Assembly (NCBI RefSeq): GCF_018977255.1
Contig: NW_024704743.1
Span: forward strand, 6,884,001 to 6,948,000
DNA from: Callorhinchus milii
Lineage: Eukaryota
Length of the DNA stretch: 64,000 nt
Reading direction: 5' to 3'
A model generated the notes under the pieces. It made no database searches. It saw only the letters and a list, made by a program, of their open reading frames with translations, and had not been told where the DNA came from. This document shows positions 13,017 to 25,570 of this stretch, piece by piece. Position 1 is the first letter of the stretch. Every line of letters begins with the position of its first letter. The position numbers and the translations under genes were made by a program.

Positions 13017-13509
13017 ACTTAACAAGTGTAATGATTGCTTTTGGAAACAAATGTTACAGCCAATTTGCATTCAGCAAGTAGCCACAAACAGTCTCGCTTC
13101 AGTTCTTGCTGCAATTGGAACCCTCTTCAGACAGCTCTAACAGTAAATAATCACAGGTAAAAGGTGATTCTTCAAGAGTTAAATACAGTACTTTTGAGCC
13201 AAGATAATGAACAAAAGAACAACAATTATAATGGACCTTGAATTAGAATATTTACAATTGAGCTCAAAATAAATATAAAGCCTATGTACTATGGATGTGC
13301 AATAACAACATCAAATTACATTTGTATAGCGCCTTTCACATCAGGACAGCCCAGGGCTCTGAATCACTGAATCACCACAAACATTGATGGAAACAAATGA
13401 AGAATAATTGAAAAAAACAAAAAAGGGGAAGGGGGCATTGTATTTATATCCCAGCATGGGAAAGAGAATATTTGCATTTATTTTTTTTCCTGGACAGACA
13501 AGAAGTCAT

Positions 13510-13763
13510 TTCCCCTTTTTTTGGTCAGTCAGATGTCTGACACATGTGAAAACCCAGCACCATGCTTAAGAGTATCAAAACCAAGCTGCATCCCACCTAC
13601 ACATGGAAATATCGGAGATCGATTGTTGGAATGAAATGCACAATCTCTCCCTGGAGGGACACATCCTGCTTACCTAATTGCAGAAAGTACTATGCACGGG
13701 TTGGCAAGAGCCAAGGCTTGGGGACCCCGGAGTGTGTGTTGGGGTACTGCTGAAGTCTAACCA
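13510..13763 (+). repeat. Old unclassified interspersed repeat, copy 1
   Basis: Colinear similarity to 61437-61672 (CACATCCTGCTTA.CTAATT, GCAAGAGCCAA.GCTT, GGTACTG.TGAA..TAACCA). Confidence 0.75.
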
Positions 13764-13848
13764 GCTAAAGCCACATAGCTTGCCATTGATATTACTGTCT
13801 GGCAAGATTTCCCACTGCTTGTCCAGCTATGGCCACGTACCTGTTAGG

Positions 13849-13967
13849 GCTGGGAACACTCAGCAGGTCGGGCAGAAAGTGAGTTATTGTTCCAGGTCAA
13901 TGCCGTAGATTCTGCCTGACCTGCTGAGTGTTCCCAACGATTTCCAGCATCTGCAGTATGTTGCCTT
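13849..13967. mobile_element. Fold-back repeat with 27-bp inverted arms, possibly Penelope-like or a MITE
   Basis: Arms 13851-13877 and 13910-13936 match at 26/27 positions. A related copy lies at 53232-53351. Confidence 0.7.
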
Positions 13968-14412
13968 GTGTTACCTATAAAGGCTTTGGCTTGCAGTGTT
14001 AACAGAAGCTGAGTGGGATGACTCCCAGTCCCTAGTGACCAGTCTGCCCTTCCAGGTCCTGCCGATGAGCCAGGCTGGCTGTGGTGTCATCAACCAGGCT
14101 GGCAGTGCTGTTATTTCTCTAGTGCGATTGACTGACTCATCCGTGCAACATGTTGAACAACAAATGGAAGGGAAAATGCAGAAGTCTTAGTTCTCCAATG
14201 ATATTCAGTAATTTTCTTGTGAATTGACAAATATCTCCACTACATTTCCCCCACTTCATTGCCAGTCCAGTGCAGTATTCATGGCAAGCATAATAAAACA
14301 AAAAAAGTTAAGCTTTAGCAGCAGTGCAGGTTCACAAAGAACATAGTCAATTTAGGATTCACCATGCTAACATTAACATTCACAATAGGTCAAATTTTAC
14401 ATAACTGGCCAG

Positions 14413-14742
14413 AAAGAGTGGGGAAATGACAGAAAGCAAAGGCCAAAGAGGAAAGTCTTCAGGTGTAATTTGAAGACTGGCTAAGACACGATACGATGGA
14501 GTGATTGAGGTGGAGATTTCCAGAGATTCAGACCTTATCACTATAATTTAATATTACAAATAATAATAATTTGGTCACTCAATCCATGACTGTTTGTGGG
14601 ACGTTGCTGTGCATAATTGGCTGCTGTGTTTCACCCACAAAATAAAGTCACTCCACTTTACAGTATATCCTGTGAAGTGCTTTGATACGTCTTGGTGATG
14701 TTATTGGGCTCTATGTAAACTGCAAAGATTATTATTATTATT
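14413..14742 (+). repeat. Inverted duplicate of 25153-25491 (old L2 piece, AT-rich linker, SINE 3' half)
   Basis: Hand alignment to the reverse complement of 25153-25491. Confidence 0.9.
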
Positions 14743-17731
14743 ATAATAATCACAGGTAAAAGGAGATTCTTCTGGAGTTAAATATAGAACTTCTGGTACG
14801 AGTTTATTTCAATCCAAATTAAGAAAATTACATACATTGTATTGGTATGTCAAGATGAACATCTTTGATAAATGACCACCTGAAATCCCAGAGCCTGTGA
14901 ATTGTTCACTGCCTCAAACTTAGGACCAAAATTTAATGGTCGTGCAGAATATTTGAGAAATCGGCAATTCAGTCTCAATTTTGAAGCTCTTCAATGAACT
15001 GCAGAAACCAGCTTCCAAATTACAAACTTCTAAAATAATCTCTCTTGTTTAAGACAACAGCCTTATGGCTAAGACAGTTAGAAATTGCAGGCCTCTGTAG
15101 CTATAATAGAACACTAACCACAGCAGATAAAGAAATAAAAGTAGTATGTATGAGGAGAAAAGCACGTGAGCCGAAAAATGAAAATATTTCTCTCACACAG
15201 CACCATTTGTCTTTCGTTTGCTCATTAAAATACTACCCAGGATGTGTGCACATAGCTCTGTCCAAAGAAGAATGTTCAGTAACTCTAGAACTTCTAATTA
15301 GCCTTCTCTGAAATAACTACATGGGAGAAAGCATCTCAATGCAAAGGTTAAAAGCATATGAGGACAAGCATGCGTTTCACACATTGAGATCCAGTTTAGA
15401 TTTAGAATATGGTTCATGCAAGTGGAATTCAGAGCTGCTCAATCATTGCAACCTTTCTGTAAAGCTTCTTTCTCCACAGAGCTGGTATTTCCCATTAAAG
15501 AAAGCATCAATAACATTGGAAATTTCATTTCCAATACTGGAATTGAATCAAGTGTGCTCTGTCCCCACCGAAAGCTACAAAATAATTTAAGTATACCCAG
15601 CCAATGTTTCTGAATGTTAACTCTTCAAGGTCCAGTCACCAATTGAGCAAAGATTTATCTTGGTCAAATATAAAACAACAACGTGCATTGATATAGCGCC
15701 TTCACACGGGATGGTTTCCCGGAGTGCTTGAAAGAAAAGATATTCTTGCACAACACTGTTTACGAAGGGCAACAGAAACATACTTCACTAGTGTGGTCAA
15801 TGTAGTCAGAGAAAAAAAATCTATTCTCCACAGGGGTTAACTGCATACAGACAAAAACCTTTTGCACTCAACAACAACAAATGATATTTGTATAGCAGCT
15901 TTCACGTTGGGAGGATGTCCCAGGTGCAGCGTTTAGACTCAATGAAAGTCGACTTTTTCAATTTACTGTGCACCACAAAAAAAACACTTGTATCTATTTG
16001 TCCCACCTTACAATGTCAGTAGTTCTGCTTTGGTGTTTGCGTTTTACAATCTGCGAGTCAAAGCACAATACTTCCAAGCATCTGAACAATCTGAATTTTA
16101 CATGCTGAGCTTCCAGTGAAAAATAGATGATTCCTGTGACAAAGAAAATCACTTTTGTTTTCCACCATTAAACAATCTAATCAGGCTAAATAAAAGCATC
16201 TCCATTACAGTACAAATTGAACCCCTTACAGCATTTTCTGTAACCAAGGACATGCCTTGTGTATTCAATCACCTACCAAAGAGAGAATCCCATTGAGCAG
16301 CCGTGTACTCTTCACTAACTTACTGAAAGCACCGGGGAAAGCTGGTTGCTCTTTGTCTTCTGCCAGCACTGAACTCTCCCATCAAAGCCCCTGCCAGTTA
16401 CAGTAGTTTCAATTCATTACTGGCCAAACCCAGCAAGTCAGTTCCTACTGTACAGCACTTGTTTTGGCTGGAACCTTGCTGCCGACAAACTCAGAATATC
16501 AACTAACTGCATCACGTGCTTCCCTACATGCAAATCATGGTAAGTCAGCTGGTTCCTCAGTGCAGCATATGCTGCCACATCAATTAAAACACCGCACAAA
16601 GAAAGTAAAAGCAGTTTAAAGTAAAGCCGCTCATCTTCAGCAGCAGGAACGACAGTATGCATATGAAGTATCGGAGAGGTGTAATGAACAAGAAGCGAAA
16701 ACATCTTTATCTGCTTTTGGCAAGGTCATGTTCGTTTACTGATTCACTCTCGAGTCCCTGTAGCAAGAGATGCAGGACAATCTACACAAGTCTGTTTATT
16801 TTTCACAATACCTGTTTAAGTAATCAACTCCATTCAGCAACCATCCTATTAATTACCATTAATTACCACCCTGGCCCTGCCCGACACTGCACCAACAAAC
16901 CCTTACTCAGAGACCACCCTTAAAGACCCTTTGGTCCAGCCCACTGAAAGACTGCTGAAGACAAGTTTTACTGCATCTTACTTAAACACAGTATCAAATC
17001 AACCACAAGACCTCAACAAATTAGATGCATCAGATCTCAACCTGTACGAGTATAGGTTTTAAGTTGTAGAACATGGCAATTCAGAGGCATAAAAACTCAA
17101 AATCGACTACACTAATAAGTTGTATGTAAGCAATGCTTCAAAACAATGCCGCACACCCTTTTCATTAATCAGATAATCTTTTTAATCCATGACTAACACA
17201 CTGCATCCTCTGACTGGCCTCCTGCTCAATTGAGAGCCAATATTCCAACATGACATGGTACTTCCATAATGAAATTCAGCGCTTATGTAAAAATCACTTT
17301 CTGTAATGATCGTCAACAAGCCAGAGAATTACCATTAAGAGCGATTGTGCAGCATTATTTCCCAGAACAGTAAAGCTAGCAAGATTGCAGCTAAGCTAGA
17401 AGGCCATTTGTCATTACGAACTATATCTGTTGGCAGACAGCTGGTGTGGGAAATGAATCACACATTGCGTCTTTTATTCGGTAAAAAGGGAGAAATTTTG
17501 GTTGAAGATTGAGCAGCTGAAGGTTAAGAGGAAAGAAACACAAAGCTACTAAGCTGAACTATCCTTAATTGGACTATCTATGAATACAATATCCTCAGTC
17601 TGACTAATTAACTTCTCTTCCACTGGGAGGATTTCACAAAACTAAGAAAACAGAGATCAAAACAAATACATAAGTTAAACCGGATCAACAGTTCTTACTT
17701 TTTTAAAAAAAGTTAGTAATGGTAAACCAAC

Positions 17732-17894
17732 CTTTAAAGGTGAGACCATTGGTATATGTAGTGGTATACCAGGTATTATATGATCTGAATGTGGATAGAC
17801 ATCTACAATTATGAAATATGCCTCCTTTAGTTTGCAACAAGAATTTTTTTTGCGTGTAATTAACATTTCAGAAGAAGCCAATCCAAATGTGGCA
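17732..17894 (-). other. Candidate exon (163 nt) of a minus-strand host gene
   Basis: Acceptor CCTTTTTTCTAAAACCAG|T, donor AAG|GTTGGT, non-repetitive. One frame is open (MLITRKKNSCC..MVSPLK) but I do not recognise the peptide. Confidence 0.35.
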
Positions 17895-20409
17895 CTGGTT
17901 TTAGAAAAAAGGCAATAAAACATTCACAAACTAGAGGTGACCACAAAGCACTTTTCAAAAGGAAAACCGCAGTTTCATTTCACTCCTTCCTCTTCTTCCT
18001 TCCAGATTATAGACTGCAAGGGGATACAAAGAGCAGGCAATTTTAGGGGAAACACAAGCGTGGTTTTGTTAAACGTAGTTCAGTATTGAAGCGTTATTCC
18101 TGATAAATGGTGTGTGCAATTTTTCTGCCAAGAGTTAAATATCAAACTTGGTTGAATCCACAAACCACATAAACCTTCAAAGTACTTCACATTACATTCA
18201 CATTCTCAATGCCAGTCCTGCTGCAGACACAGAAACTGCAGCACTCAAAACTGAAATTTCTGTACTGAAACAAAAGATGCTAACTTCTTGTAAAATAATA
18301 ATGATACTGGTCATTACACAACAATGTCCCATGGAGCAAGTGACTAATTTCAAGGGGGGAGGGCTGGGTGGGGGTAGTGAAGAGAAGAATTAGCAAAGAC
18401 ACTTTCTGTTTCTGAACAGTATCATGGGATGTTTAACATTCACCTGGAAAGGAAGACAAGACTTTGGTTTAATAATAATAATTGTTGCATTTGATATTGT
18501 GTCTCATTGTGGCTGGGTCCAGCATTGGCTGATATTCCTTCTAAGAAAAAGCCAATATGCTGACAAAATTCATAACAGAGCATCATCTTTCTTCCCCCTC
18601 CCGCATAATTATGACAAAAAAAACTTCAGACCTTTGCCCTTTTAAGATGAATTAGGTCAGTCAAGAAATCTACATAATAAAACAGAGTGGCTTTCAAAAC
18701 ATTCCCACTGAATTCCTTCAATTGAGAATTGTGAAGGATAAGTGGCATAATTTCTTGTTTTGAAGGAAATTCAGCATCTGAAAATACTCAATACACTCAG
18801 CTACATCCTTTCTACTGCAGCTCCATCAGAAAAATCTAAGTGCATTCACTTCGCCCAACTACTTTCCTCCTCCCCACCATCCAGAATTAAAATCAGAACT
18901 AAATAATCCTTGTGTTGTGCCAAAAATGTTGACTGCGTTCCAAAAAAAGGAGAAAAAAAAACAGATTTAATTTAGCTTAAATTATTTAATTTAATCCCAT
19001 TCCTTGCCTTTTGCCCGTATTCCTTCACTTGTCAGTTCTCTTTTGAACATTTGTAATTGAGAGATGGGGGTCTTGTGAGAAGCCAGAACATACCTCAGCT
19101 TAACAACTGGTAGCCACATAATTGATGAATAGAATCGAACATGTCAGTAACCACGTGAAGCTGAAATCAGAGAATGAGAACAGTTGCACAAGTTCCGAGG
19201 ACAAGAGATGCCTGTCGTATCGTTTTTTTTATTTTGGGGCAGGTCCTAAATTAAACAATGCATCATCTTCACCCTGAAAGTCAACTGACTCATCTTAGTT
19301 TGCTTGTAAATGACAATGATCCAATAAAATCATGTTATGGGCAAGGAAATAGTGGATCAAATTCCTGGGAGTGCTCAGTGCCAAAACTCAATGCCTTGGT
19401 TACAACGTGGGATACTTCAGAAACAAGTTCAAATAGAATTAGTTCTTAACTACCCCGAGGCAGTGACTGCTGGGATCCTGCCAGCCAGTGTATATTGAAA
19501 TCTGAATCCAAAACAATACGGAAACAACTCATGCAGGCGTAATATCACAAGCCTTTTCTGGTCACATTCCTTCCTCCATCTCCAGGAGAAGTTTGTACCA
19601 GAACAAAGGTGAGCTGTGCTTTGCTGCTAACCTACAAGGTGGTGGAGTGTGAGGCAGAGGAGGGTGAATGGCAGCTGACAGCTCAGTTTGCTCGCAAGAA
19701 AATAAAACACCCGTCAATGAATTAAAAAGGCTGCAGGTTGGGTGTTTTGCTCTGCCCTCAGTTATTAGTTGACTCGTCGCTCACCATGAACTGGTAAATC
19801 AGCTAAATTCAGATCCGCAGAAGTCATACCCATGTTGTACAGCGATTTGATTAGGCCACACCTTATGTACAGTGCAGTTCTGGTCACTGTGACATATGGG
19901 TTCTGCCCAGGCACAGGAAAGTAATGAGCATGATCCCAGTGTTAGAAGGATGTTAGAAGGATGTGTTTGTGAGGAATGATTAAATAAGAAAGGCGTGATC
20001 CTTTTTTAAAATAATTGTCTTTGCCATTATACTCATATTTAAGATATTATACATAAGAAAAACGGAAGGACAAAGACTGGCAGATTTTTTAAAAAAATAC
20101 CACCTTCCGTTGGCTCTATGAAGTTGCATTCACACTAAGGTATGAATAAGACTAGTGTGGTTACAGAAATGCTGCTGTCAACAAAATATAATCACCTTCT
20201 CCCTCTCTGAAAAGTAAACAGCACTTTAAAATTCACGAAGTTCAAGGGATAAAGGCCTACCATCTCTGAATGGTTTGTAAAGTTCAAAGCAACACACACA
20301 CACACTCACATACAAGAGGCCGGGAATTCTGACATTGATACTGGATACAGCTGAAATTGACAGCAAGTGGCTGAAGTAAATGGGTTACAGAGGGCACTCA
20401 ATAAAACTC

Positions 20410-20830
20410 AATACAATTTACATTTAAATAGCACCTTTAACATCAGGACACCTCAAAACACTTTGCTGGCTGAGTACCTGAGCTGGGAGTTTGAAGCCGA
20501 AGGAGAAAAGATGACAAAAAAAACAACTAATTCACATGTATATAGAGCACCCCAAGGCGCTGGTGAAAGCACAATCAAAGCGGTAGGTCTTGAGATGGTC
20601 GTTGAAATGAGGAAGAGACTCAGAGATGGAGTTCCGGAGAGCAGGGCAGAATGTCTGAAAGCCTGCCTTACCCGGCCTCAAGGAGACCAGTGGTCGCTGA
20701 GCAAACTAAGTATCTGGATTGGCAGGATTGAAGGTGAGGTCACAGCAGTCGGGTGGGGTGAAGCCTTGAAGGGATTTGCAGGTGAGAACAAGAATCTTGA
20801 ATTCAATTCGTTGGAGGATAGGGAGCCAGC
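20410..20830 (-). mobile_element. Old L2 3' fragments
   Basis: Tail motifs at 20410-20462 and about 20520-20560. GTGAGAACAAGAATCTTGAATTCAAT is the reverse complement of IEFKILVLT coding sequence. Confidence 0.7.
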
Positions 20831-20844
20831 ATATCAGGTGAAAC

Positions 20845-21050
20845 GCCCTTTACTCTTTGAATAGTTCCATTGGATGCTTAACATTCACCCGACTTTGGTT
20901 TAATATTTCACCGGGAGGACGGTAATTCCAACGCAGCACCCGCCAGCACTGCACTGGGGCAACAACCTATACAATGCGAGTTCAAAGTCTCGATGTAGGG
21001 CTTGAACCCACAATTTTCTGTTTCGGAGGCGAGAGTGAGCCCTGACACCT
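20845..21050 (-). mobile_element. Deu-domain SINE 5' half, degenerate
   Basis: GCTTGAACCCACAA head and Deu-like segment. Confidence 0.65.
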
Positions 21051-21547
21051 GAAAGTTTTAGAAGTAGATAAGTGTTCCATTCTTGAGCACTCGGATCTGT
21101 CAGCTTGGAAACAAAAATGTTTTCTTTCAGGAAAAAGTAGTTATTCAAAACAAAAATGAATCCTGATGTTAACGACAGTGTTTCTTGTAACAATTCACTG
21201 CCAACTTAAAATAGCTCACGGTCAAATAATAAAACTCCAAAAGCACTCTTGGAAAAATACAAGCATTCAGAATCACACTCTACAGCTTTTGTTACTTGAC
21301 ATCTGCTAAACAATGAATGGTTCCAACCAAACCACCAGCTCTGCACCATTCATTGGTCACGAGCGTTTGCTTAGTCATTACAATTTGCATATCTTCTTCA
21401 GATCCATCACCCGTGGTGTCTCAATGTATTCTCTGAATGCATTCTTAAAATAATTAGCACTGGTTAACATAATTGAGAACGGTTACAGTGACTGACTAGT
21501 AGGCCAGTCATTTTAATTCATATTGGAATTCAGGAATAGGAGAATAT

Positions 21548-22172
21548 TAATCATGCTTGCATTTGATATGGAGTCTTATCACACCATCGCGATGCCTCAA
21601 AGCACTTCATATGATTTTACTGGGAAAGGCAGTGACTGTGTGTGTTTTCGTAGGTGAAAACGACAGTTGGTCACAATGTCCCATAAACAGCCATGAATTT
21701 TTTTTTAGCTGTGGGATTGTTCGCTAAGAGACCAGAAGAAACAACAACAACAAAATTACATTTGTATAGCGCCTTTCATATCGGGAGGACGTCCCAAGAA
21801 ACTCCTTTCTCTTTTTCGAATAATACCATGCATGGGATCTTTCACATCCACCTGAACAGGCAGACGGGGCTTTGATTTAACATCTCACCCAAAGAACAGC
21901 ACCAACCATAATAAGAATCCTGATATTTGGTATTGTGCCTTTCATGACTTTTGGCACTTCAGAAGATATACTGCAAAGTGCAGTTCTGTGTGTTTTGTGG
22001 GCAGCCAATTTTCTCATAGCAATGTCCCACAAACGGCCATGAAGTGAATGACCAATTTTATTTGGAGCATTTTGCATTGGAGTGTCAGTCCTGACAGAAT
22101 TCAAAGTTCCAACATGGGGCTTGAACCCACAACCTTCTGACTCAGGTGAGAGTGCTACCAACTGAACCAGGC
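21548..22172 (-). mobile_element. Nested Deu-domain SINE copies plus a short L2 tail (about 21742-21797)
   Basis: Two SINE tails (21548 and 21908), Deu domain 21800-21905, head 22115-22172. AGAAAC flanks the L2 tail on both sides. Confidence 0.75.
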
Positions 22173-22574
22173 TGAGAAGACAATTCAGCCCATCAAGTGC
22201 ACTCAATCCACCTTCATTGCACAGCATTGCTACACACAAAGTTCTCCTGGTGAGCTCTTTGAATGACAAGTGCTCACGATTCATCTTGTGTATAAGAAGC
22301 TGTAAAGGGTACATCTTCATTATATAAACAACAACTGGTGCATCAGCTGTCTCTCTAGGCAGTGAAATTGATATTGTTTCATCATAGTCCTTGTGTATTT
22401 TGAGTGACCCAAAGTCTTATTCAAGACCGTTTGTGGGACACTGTTTTGTTCAATTGGCTGCCACATTTCACCGACAAAATACAGACTTATTTTATAACAT
22501 ATTCTATGAAGTGCTTTGAGACGATTCAACAATGTAATAAGGCACTATATAAGGCTGACGTGCTTTGAGATATC

Positions 22575-22770
22575 TTCCCAATGAGAAAGATACTATATAA
22601 ATGTAAATTGTATCTTCTATCTGTGTGATCCGCTCAGATTTGGTTTGTCTGTGTATCATCCTAAAGTTGCTTACAGTCCTCTTCACACATAGCCATGTTC
22701 TCTATTTTAATGATATACCCCTGATACCTGAATCTAGATCATTTATATAAGTGGAGAAAACCAATGGGCC
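22575..22770 (-). mobile_element. Old CR1 RT fragment
   Basis: Translates to FGPLVFSTYINDLDSGIRGIS, compared with LGPQLFTIYINDLDEDIECNVS in the 47.9 kb CR1. Confidence 0.75.
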
Positions 22771-22832
22771 AAAAGCAAGGATTATTATTACAAAAGCAAG
22801 GATTATTATTACAAAAGCAAGGATTATTATTA
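22770..22832 (+). repeat. 3 x 21-bp tandem repeat of a SINE terminus (CAAAAGCAAGGATTATTATTA)
   Basis: Three exact units. GCAAGGATTATTATTA is the 3' end of the young SINE. Confidence 0.9.
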
Positions 22833-23047
22833 GGTAACACTGGAAGTGGAAAACAAATACAAATTGGTCCCATTCATCCTTGATGAAACAATGTACAGTA
22901 TCACAACACAAACACCACAGTATTATGTTTTACAACTTAATACAGGAATTAACACACAAATCTCAGGCTGATACAAAATACCAGTTGTAATACTGTCCTC
23001 TGGGTCCTAAGATAAATTCTAAGCAAATTCAAAACAATACTTAACAT

Positions 23048-23206
23048 ATGGTTGTCAAGTTGCTGTTGATGTCACTTCCTGCATGTTGTTTGATGCACAT
23101 GAAATCCCCGCTATCGCTTCCTTCGCAAAGTGACGTCAGTGGCGCTTCTCATGCGCAATGTGCATGAACATACTGGAAGTGACATTAATCTGAACCTGAC
23201 AACCAT
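23048..23206. mobile_element. MITE-like element with about 50-bp imperfect terminal inverted repeats
   Basis: Left arm ATGGTTGTCAAGTT..ATGTCACTTCC..ATGCACAT. Right arm ATGTGCAT..GGAAGTGACAT..AACCTGACAACCAT. Confidence 0.75.
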
Positions 23207-23241
23207 TATTAACACTAGAAGTCAGTGCCAAATACCAGGTG

Positions 23242-23552
23242 TAATAATAATAATAATCCTTGCATTTGATATAGCGCTTTTCACGTCTTCTAGACGTCTC
23301 AAAGCGCTTCACAGAATACTGTAAAGTGAATTAACCGCATATTTGTGGGCGAAACACGGCAGCCAATTGCGCACAGCAGGGTCCCACAAACAGTCGTGAT
23401 TGAAAATGACCAATTTATTATTGTTTTGTTTTGGAGGGATTATTATTAGGCGTGTGGAGTAAGGAAACTTGTCCAAGGTTTCGCCCTGCCGAATTGAACC
23501 CAGGTGTCTCGCTTGCAAGGCGAGTGCTTTAACCACTGAGCTACAGGACTCC
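23242..23552 (-). mobile_element. Young tRNA-headed SINE, full length (TAGAA-loop tail)
   Basis: Complete head, body and tail. Confidence 0.95.
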
Positions 23553-24339
23553 ATACACAATATATAGGATAACCAGCACAATATGGAGAGGCAATGCTAC
23601 AGAGGGGATGAGAACCCACGAGTGGGTTCTACAAACTCAGCTGATTCAAGATGTAATTCAGAATTAATCTTGGCCAGTCTCTGCTAAAGGTAGACATCTT
23701 TTGTAAAACTCATGGCCTGCCATTAAGTACGCAAAGCCAAAATCCAGTACTGGAACAACTGTCACAGTGCAAGAGGTGAGCAAATCAAGCAGACAAAATG
23801 GAGACATTTTGAAGCAGCTCCTCAATGTGGAGAGCCCCTGAGGCAAATTCACCCAATGTACAATTTAAAGGCATTCCTTCTGGGTCAAAAAAACACTCAA
23901 TGCACCAAAGGTCTTAATCAAGAGGAGTCAGGTCAACAGCATTCCATTGCCAAGACGTATAGCATAGCAGTACCGTCATTTATCATAGAAGACATAGTGT
24001 TTCCAGTTTCAGTGCATGCTATAAAGGCTCATTTCAGTCTCCTTCCATTCTCCAAACATCGGGACAAAAAAATGTAATACAAATGCAACAGTTCATGACT
24101 GACAGCTTTGGTTTATGAAGCACTGCATTTTTTACACTGCAGGCTCACTACAATCAGCACTTTTACACAGCTTTTCGGGATGCGAGGTTGAAAGCTTCAA
24201 TAATGAGAGGATGAGAGGTTTTTGAGGATGAGAGGTTGAAAGCTTGAATAATGGCTGCAGTTGGTGCCAATTGTGATTTACTTCATCAAGCAGTTTATCA
24301 ATTTTCCAATCATGCGCTGACTATACTTATCAGCGTTCT

Positions 24340-24802
24340 ATTGTACGCACCAGGTTCCGTGACACCATCATTCCCACCCTCGCCCAACTTCATTAGCTCC
24401 CCATCCCCCAGAGGATCGAGTTCAAGATCCTCATCCTCACCTTTAAGGCCTCCTACCTCTCTGACCTGCTGACTCCCTCCGTTCAGCGAGCTCCGACCTG
24501 CTCCATGTCTCCCGCCTGACCCGACCTACTATCGATGGCCGGGCTTTCAGCCTCTCTGCCCCCACACTCTGGAACTCTATCCCATGGTCCCTTCGCCTCG
24601 CTTCCTCCCTTGTCTCCTTCAAGACTGGTCTCAAGACCCTTCTCTTCAACCTCTTTGGTCGCCCTTCCCACCTCTCTGCCTTCCCTCAAACCTACACCAC
24701 CCCTCCCTCAGGCTCGGGCCCCGACACCTGACTGTTCAACTCTTTGGGACTTCCTCCCGACATGAAAGGTGCTCTATAAATGTTATTTTGTTATTGTTGT
24801 TT
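24340..24802 (+). mobile_element. L2 LINE 3' portion
   Basis: RIEFKIL, GRAFSLSAPTLWNS and SFKTGLKTLLF coding remnants, followed by a hairpin tail and (TTG)n. Confidence 0.88.
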
Positions 24803-25152
24803 AATATTTAATCTTAACCTGGACTTGGGACACGAGGCAAACGGTTTCTACTCGGTTGGCATGCTTTCACTTTCACTTTGTTTTAAGTGGATTCTTTTGG
24901 AAAGTTTCCTTGAGGATAATCCTCCTAATATGCTTGAATCCTTACTTTAGTCACTTCTCTGTTTGTGAAATCTGATCAGGTCAATGTATCCCCAATTAGT
25001 CAAATAAAAGCAAGAAGTGGTATCGATCGCCAGCGCACACTCACAGGATAAAAGCTGACATTGCACAATCACCAGATGCTGCATGCCAGTCCTGGTCAGA
25101 GGACATAAAAATGGAGGGACTGAAGGAAATCTTAAAAATGTTAATGCACATC

Positions 25153-25325
25153 AATAATAATAATCTTGCATTTGATATAGCACATTATCAAGTCGTTGGG
25201 ATGTCTCAAAGCACTTCACAGGATATATTGTAAAGTATAGTGACTGTGTATTTTGTGAGTGAAACATGGCAGCCAATTACTCACAGCGACATCCTACAAA
25301 CAGTCATGGATTAAGTGACCAAATT
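25153..25325 (-). mobile_element. SINE 3' half
   Basis: Tail and body homology to the other SINE copies. Confidence 0.85.
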
Positions 25326-25369
25326 ATTATTATTTGTAATATTTAAATTATAGTGATAAGGTACTCTAT

Positions 25370-25570
25370 GGTCTAAATCTCTGGAAATCTCCACCTCAAT
25401 CACTCCATCATATCCTGTCTTAGCCAGTCTTCAAATCACACCTCAAGACTTTCCTCTTTGGTCTTTGCTTTCTGTCATTTCCCCACTCTTTTCAGCTCAG
25501 CGTCATGTCACAGCATGGCCAAGCGCTCCGAGACACTACGCACGTGAAGATTTGCTTTATAAATGCACTA
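25370..25570 (+). mobile_element. Old L2 3' end
   Basis: CTCTGGAA..TTCAAATCACACCTCAAGACTTTCCTCTT..AAGCGCTCCGAGAC..TATAAATGCA. Confidence 0.7.
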
